Positions 59,543-64,000 of a stretch of 64,000 nucleotides of DNA are shown here, one piece after another. This DNA comes from Limisphaerales bacterium. Its GTDB lineage: Bacteria > Verrucomicrobiota > Verrucomicrobiia > Limisphaerales > AAA164-E04. Both the position numbers and the translations under genes were made by a program. Each line of letters starts with the position of its first letter. Positions within the stretch are counted from its first letter, which is position 1. The DNA lies in contig OZ242022.1 of NCBI GenBank assembly GCA_965204945.1, positions 4,245,591 to 4,309,590 of the forward strand. The letters are read 5' to 3'. A model generated the notes under the pieces. The model was not told the DNA's origin and did not search any database. It saw only the letters and a list, made by a program, of their open reading frames with translations.

Positions 59543-59854
59543 ATTGTTTCCCGTTCCCACTTTGCGTATCCAAAGCGCAGTTTTCCCCAAAAGGAGGGGA
59601 GGGAAAGAAAAGACAGCGGCCGTTGGATTCGGGCATCATGGATGGGAGCCTCTGACGCCTTGGGATGAACGGATGGATTTTTAGATTTTCCGCTGTGTTC
59701 TCCTTCTTTTTGGCCATTGTTTTTTCGCCGCAATTCGTGGAAACTACTGTCTAAATAATCAGAGGTTGTAGAGTTTAACCCAGAGAAACGGCAAAGTCGA
59801 TTGAACTCTGGTCTTGCTAAATTCAAGGAAACAGGCAATGTTTTTTCTTTTTGG

Positions 59855-59929
59855 GCGCGGTTAGCTCAGCGGTAGAGCATCACCTTGACACGGTGGGGGT
59901 CACTGGTTCGAACCCAGTATCGCGCACCA
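59855..59929 (+). tRNA. tRNA-Val, anticodon GAC
   Basis: Hand-folded: GCGCGGT-TA-GCTC-AGCGGTA-GAGC-A-TCACC-TTGACAC-GGTGG-GGGTC-ACTGG-TTCGAAC-CCAGT-ATCGCGC-A-CCA. Confidence 0.9.
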
Positions 59930-60011
59930 TTTTCCTGCCGTTTTATTGGATGTCGAAAATTTTGGACAATTTTTGTGTTTTGCGGTTTTATTGCACGTCT
60001 TTGTTGACGTT

Positions 60012-61487
60012 ATGGATGAGGCTCATTCGTTAATTGCCCAACGTCGTCGCAAGTTGATCGAGATTCGCAAGCGGGGTGTGGATCCGTTTGCGAACAAGTT
60101 TGCTCCGTCTGAGACTTGCCGACAAGCGCTTGAAAATTACGCCGATGGGCGAAAGACTCGAGTCGCTGGGCGCATTGTTTCCCATCGAGTGATGGGGAAG
60201 AGCCAGTTTCTGCACGTCAAAGATCAAAGCGGGAAAATTCAGATTTACGCCCAAAAGCAGGCTCTTGGCGAGGAGGCTTTTGCGTTGCTTCAACAGTCGG
60301 ACCTTGGCGACGTCATTGGGGCCGAAGGCACGTTATTCACCACCAAAACAGGTGAGCTGTCCATCCGCCTCTCCGCATTTGTTCTTCTGAGCAAAGCCAT
60401 CCGCCCTCCGCCTGAAAAATGGCACGGTTTGGAGGATACGGAAACCCGCTACCGGCAACGTTATCTCGACTTGATGGCAAACGACGAAGTCAAAGCCATT
60501 TTCCTCAAGAGAAGCGGAATTATTCGGGAAATTCGAAGCTTTTTGCACAATCGAGGCTACGTCGAAGTCGAAACGCCGATGCTGCAATCTGTTCCCGGCG
60601 GCGCGTCCGCGCAACCCTTCGTTACCTATCACAAGGCGCTTGGCCGTTCCTTTTACTTGCGAATTGCCATCGAGCTCTATCTCAAGCGTCTGCTGGTCGG
60701 CGGCATCGATCGGGTGTTTGAAATCGGCCGCAACTTTCGAAACGAAGGGCTTTCCCGCCGCCACAATCCGGAGTTCACCATGCTGGAGGCTTATCAAGCA
60801 TATGGCGATTACGAAACCATGATGGAATTGGTGCAATCTATGATCCGTAGCGTAGCCGAGAAAACCGTCGGCAGCTTGCTTATAGAACACAAAAACAAAG
60901 CCGGCGCCATTGCCAAAACAATCGATCTCCGCCCAGACTGGCGCCGAGTGCGCTACAAAGACTTGATCCGCAAAACCGCCGGCGATGATTGGTTCCAGCA
61001 GACGCCCGACCAACGCCGCGCCAAAGCCCTCAGCCTCGGCTTAGAAATTCACGAGACCGACCAAGACTTTGAAGTCACCAACGCTGTTTTTGAAAAATGC
61101 ATCGAGCCTACTTTGATTCAGCCAACCTTCGTTACCCACCTGCCCAAAGAGTTAGTGCCGCTCGCCAAACTGTCGCCCGACGACCCGACAACGGTCGAAG
61201 TGTTCGAATGTTGCATCAACGGACAAGAAATCGCCCCCGCCTACACCGAGCAAAACGATCCCCTCCAACAACGGCAACGGCTGGAACAACAGGCCGCCGG
61301 CGAGCCTCAAAAACTCGACGAAGACTTTCTCGTCGCTTTGGAACACGGCATGCCGCCCGCCGGAGGCATGGGAATGGGAATCGACCGGCTCTGCATGACG
61401 CTTTTGGGGCAAGAAAACATTCGCGACGTTATTCTCTTCCCGCAAATGAAGCCCAAACCAACCTCCGACAGCCTCCCCGCAAAGTAA
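60012..61487 (+). CDS. lysS: Lysine--tRNA ligase (class II)
   Basis: RVAGRIVSHRVMGKSQFLHVKD (OB fold), FRNEG, GMGIDRL. 491 aa. Confidence 0.92.
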   Translation: MDEAHSLIAQRRRKLIEIRKRGVDPFANKFAPSETCRQALENYADGRKTRVAGRIVSHRVMGKSQFLHVKDQSGKIQIYAQKQALGEEAFALLQQSDLGDVIGAEGTLFTTKTGELSIRLSAFVLLSKAIRPPPEKWHGLEDTETRYRQRYLDLMANDEVKAIFLKRSGIIREIRSFLHNRGYVEVETPMLQSVPGGASAQPFVTYHKALGRSFYLRIAIELYLKRLLVGGIDRVFEIGRNFRNEGLSRRHNPEFTMLEAYQAYGDYETMMELVQSMIRSVAEKTVGSLLIEHKNKAGAIAKTIDLRPDWRRVRYKDLIRKTAGDDWFQQTPDQRRAKALSLGLEIHETDQDFEVTNAVFEKCIEPTLIQPTFVTHLPKELVPLAKLSPDDPTTVEVFECCINGQEIAPAYTEQNDPLQQRQRLEQQAAGEPQKLDEDFLVALEHGMPPAGGMGMGIDRLCMTLLGQENIRDVILFPQMKPKPTSDSLPAK

Positions 61488-61591
61488 CCTAACCGGGTAG
61501 CCGGCAGTTTCAACAAAGTCTTTTCCCCTTGCGCCAAGTCCTTCGCCATCTTATACTAAATAAGTTTTCCAGCACAAAACCCTTACTTTAT

Positions 61592-63082
61592 ATGACAGCA
61601 CAAACAGGGAACAATTCAACAAACACACATCTTACCTTGCTCGCAATCTCCTTCGCCTCCCTGCTGGCCGTGCTTCCAATGACAAAAGCTAAAGGCGATG
61701 GCCAAAGCAGGCCGCTCTCCGCCAAACAACCCAACATTATCCTCTGCATGGCCGATGACCACGGATGGCGCGACGCAGGCTACCAAGGACATCCCTTTGT
61801 CCGCACGCCTCACCTTGACAAAATGGCGGCCGAAGGGCTTCGTTTCAACCGCTGGTACGCCGCCGCGCCGGTTTGCAGTCCCACGCGCGGCAGCTGCCTC
61901 ACCGGACGACATCCCTATCGTTACGGCATTTACTCCGCTAACGTCGGCCATCTTAAATCCGAAGAAATCACCATCGCCGAAACGCTAAAAAAAGCAGGCT
62001 ACACAACCGGACACTTCGGCAAATGGCACCTCGGCACCTTCACGAAAACAGTGCGGGACGCCAACCGAGGCGGCACAAAACAAGGCGCCGCCCACTATTC
62101 TCCTCCTTGGGAAAACGGCTTCGACGAATGTTTCTCCACCGAATCAAAAGTGCCCACCTTCAACCCCATGCAAAACCCTCCCCAAGTTGCCCGCGAAGCC
62201 AAACGAAACATCCCTGAAGGAGGCTTCTACGGCACGTCCTACTGGACCGCTCCCGGCCAACGAGTGCCGCACAATCAACTCCGCGGCGACGACTCCTATC
62301 TCATCATGGAACGCGCCCTCCGCTTCATCCGCCGGGCGCGCGCGCGCAAACAACCTTTCCTTGCCGTCATCTGGTTACACGCTCCGCACACCCCCGTCCT
62401 GGCGGACGAAGCGCACCGCAATCTCTATCCCCAACACCCGCACGGACTCTACGGACGGCATTACCACGGATGTCTCTCGGCGCTTGACGATCAAATAGGA
62501 CGGCTCCGCAACCAACTCGCCGCGCTTGGCATCGCCGAAAACACCATGCTTTGGTACAGCTCAGACAACGGACCGGAAAGCAACGCCAGAACCGGCGCCG
62601 GCTCCGCCGCTCCTTTTCGAGGTCGAAAACGAAGCCTCTACGAAGGAGGCATCCGCGTGCCGGGAATTCTCGTTTGGCCAGACCAAATCCAATCCCCTCG
62701 CGCCATCCAAACGCCTTGCGTCACCAGCGATTACTTTCCAACCATTCTCGACGCCCTCGGCCTTCCTTTGCCAAAGCGACCTTTTGACGGCATCAGCCTC
62801 ATGCCCTTAATTCGCGGCGAAATGCGCCAACGACCCCGCCCCATCGCCTTCCAATCCAAAAACGTCGCCGTCATTCAAAACAACCGCTTCAAACTCCTGG
62901 CCATCGGCATCCGCCAACATAATTGGGAACGCGCCAAAATCGAACTCTACGACCTCTTGGCAGACCCCGGCGAATCAATCAACCTTGCCTCCAAACAACC
63001 CGCAGTCGTCAAAACGCTGAAGAAACAACTGAAGGATTGGCTTGCCTCCTGCCGCCGCTCCGATCGAGGGCTGGACTACTAA
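61592..63082 (+). CDS. Sulfatase (formylglycine-dependent arylsulfatase family), secreted
   Basis: PNIILCMADDHGWRD and the CSPTRGSCLTGR (C-x-P-x-R) motif. Signal peptide at the Met at 61592. Confidence 0.88.
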   Translation: MTAQTGNNSTNTHLTLLAISFASLLAVLPMTKAKGDGQSRPLSAKQPNIILCMADDHGWRDAGYQGHPFVRTPHLDKMAAEGLRFNRWYAAAPVCSPTRGSCLTGRHPYRYGIYSANVGHLKSEEITIAETLKKAGYTTGHFGKWHLGTFTKTVRDANRGGTKQGAAHYSPPWENGFDECFSTESKVPTFNPMQNPPQVAREAKRNIPEGGFYGTSYWTAPGQRVPHNQLRGDDSYLIMERALRFIRRARARKQPFLAVIWLHAPHTPVLADEAHRNLYPQHPHGLYGRHYHGCLSALDDQIGRLRNQLAALGIAENTMLWYSSDNGPESNARTGAGSAAPFRGRKRSLYEGGIRVPGILVWPDQIQSPRAIQTPCVTSDYFPTILDALGLPLPKRPFDGISLMPLIRGEMRQRPRPIAFQSKNVAVIQNNRFKLLAIGIRQHNWERAKIELYDLLADPGESINLASKQPAVVKTLKKQLKDWLASCRRSDRGLDY

Positions 63083-63123
63083 AAGCCGCAATCTGCCCAA
63101 CAAAACTTTCGCCTCCATATACT

Positions 63124-63488
63124 TCACGAGAACCAATAGCACCCAATCACATCCACCGCTGCGCTGCACTGTTCCAGCGTGATATAACCAAGCAACGGCT
63201 CATACTCGCCCTTCTCCGGCCTCATATCCAGAAAAATCACTTTGCTGTAAATCGCCCGAAACCCTTCCACTCGAATTTTGACGGGACCGCATATTATTCC
63301 CGTGACTACCTCATCAGTAGCGAGTCGCAATTCAATAGTTTTCTCCATCTCAAAAGAGCCGAATTGTCCCTTCCACACTGAAGACAAAGTAAGATGGCTG
63401 GCTCCAGTATCCACCAGTGCGACTATCTTTTTATACCTTCCCGTCTGGTTGGGTTTTCTAGATCCACCGTGGCAATAATTCTTGCCAT
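63124..63488 (-). pseudogene. Retropepsin-like (clan AA) aspartic protease, ~121 aa, frameshifted at an A5 run
   Basis: The ATG at 63488 gives MARIIATVDLENPTRREGIKR then a stop. The next frame continues KKIVALVDTGASHLTL... (DTGA active-site motif). They join if A5 (T5 at 63428..63432 on + strand) is read as A6. Confidence 0.6.
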
Positions 63489-63538
63489 CGTATGTGTTAC
63501 CTACTTATCGAATGTAAAAAGTCCGCTAGAATCTTATA

Positions 63539-64000
63539 CTATAGCTGAATTGTATGTCCCGTCTTATAAGATGCATCGGCCGCCGCCACAATGCGCATGG
63601 AACGAATTGCGTCTTCATTATGCTCGGCAAGGTCCAAGTTTTTTTGAATCGCTTCCAGCAAGTAAAATTGCTCTCGATGGCACAGCGCGTCATGATCCGG
63701 TTCGTCCTGCATATCAATCCATTGATCTGCGCGAACAAACTTCCCTTCCGCATCCAGCTCGCTGTAATGTAGCCGCAGCGACTCCGTCTTCGTATGCGAT
63801 CCAATATCCGCAGAAGCCCCCTCGCCGCTTGCCCGTCGCGCCTCAATTGTCACGCATCCCTTCGGGCCTACCACGTCCTTCACAAAAAACGCCGTCTCAC
63901 TCATCATCGGCCCCCAACCCGCTTCATACCAACCCACAGAGCCGTCTTCAAAAGTCACTTGCAAATGCCCATAGTTAATCTTTCCTTTCGGCAAATCCGC
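63539..64000 (-). CDS. Gfo/Idh/MocA-family oxidoreductase, C-terminal part (5' end outside window)
   Basis: The frame is open to the window edge. The C-terminal alpha/beta domain resembles this family (WYEAGWGPMMSETAFFVKDVVGPKG...). Confidence 0.55.
   Translation of the reverse strand, partial: ADLPKGKINYGHLQVTFEDGSVGWYEAGWGPMMSETAFFVKDVVGPKGCVTIEARRASGEGASADIGSHTKTESLRLHYSELDAEGKFVRADQWIDMQDEPDHDALCHREQFYLLEAIQKNLDLAEHNEDAIRSMRIVAAADASYKTGHTIQL

Overview
This is a 64-kb chromosomal segment of mixed GC, about 38-65% by hand counts of single 60-nt lines. It most likely comes from a PVC-group bacterium, probably Verrucomicrobiota-like. That placement is an inference from DUF1559 prepilin-type proteins, a PEP-CTERM protein, a sulfatase and a Chlamydia-like YtgC-YtgR permease-repressor fusion.

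The backbone is housekeeping: the uvrB 3' end, cimA, valS, comEC, a guaB3-like gene, a DUF4159-exbB-exbD-tonB-like operon, an S8 peptidase, proB, mazG, a metal ABC importer plus mntR, comM, lpxI, an IlvD/Edd dehydratase, a hydroxyproline-catabolism operon, lysS, a sulfatase, tRNA-Arg(CCU) and tRNA-Val(GAC).

The accessory patches are:
- (a) 1.06-7.6 kb: hypothetical minus-strand genes, a PEP-CTERM gene interrupted at an 18-nt poly-G tract, and a 1.5-kb non-coding region holding a three-copy repeat with a covarying hairpin.
- (b) 12.3-13.2 kb: a decayed Fic gene next to tRNA-Arg.
- (c) 16.0-19.2 kb: a J-domain protein abutted to a fused PD-(D/E)xK nuclease / N6-adenine methyltransferase (type IIG-like). 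I rank this as the best candidate for an undescribed arrangement.
- (d) 30.6-37.4 kb: a type I R-M locus with a frameshifted hsdR and a fused hsdM-hsdS, followed by an ABC-ATPase + Toprim-like pair (PARIS/AbiL/OLD class).
- (e) 53.1-55.6 kb: an AT-rich ORF desert with gene debris.

I found no integrase, transposase, CRISPR array, cas gene or rRNA. Four genes are broken exactly at homopolymer runs, so assembly indel error must be excluded before calling phase variation or pseudogenes. All family calls rest on motifs read by eye; no database search was possible.
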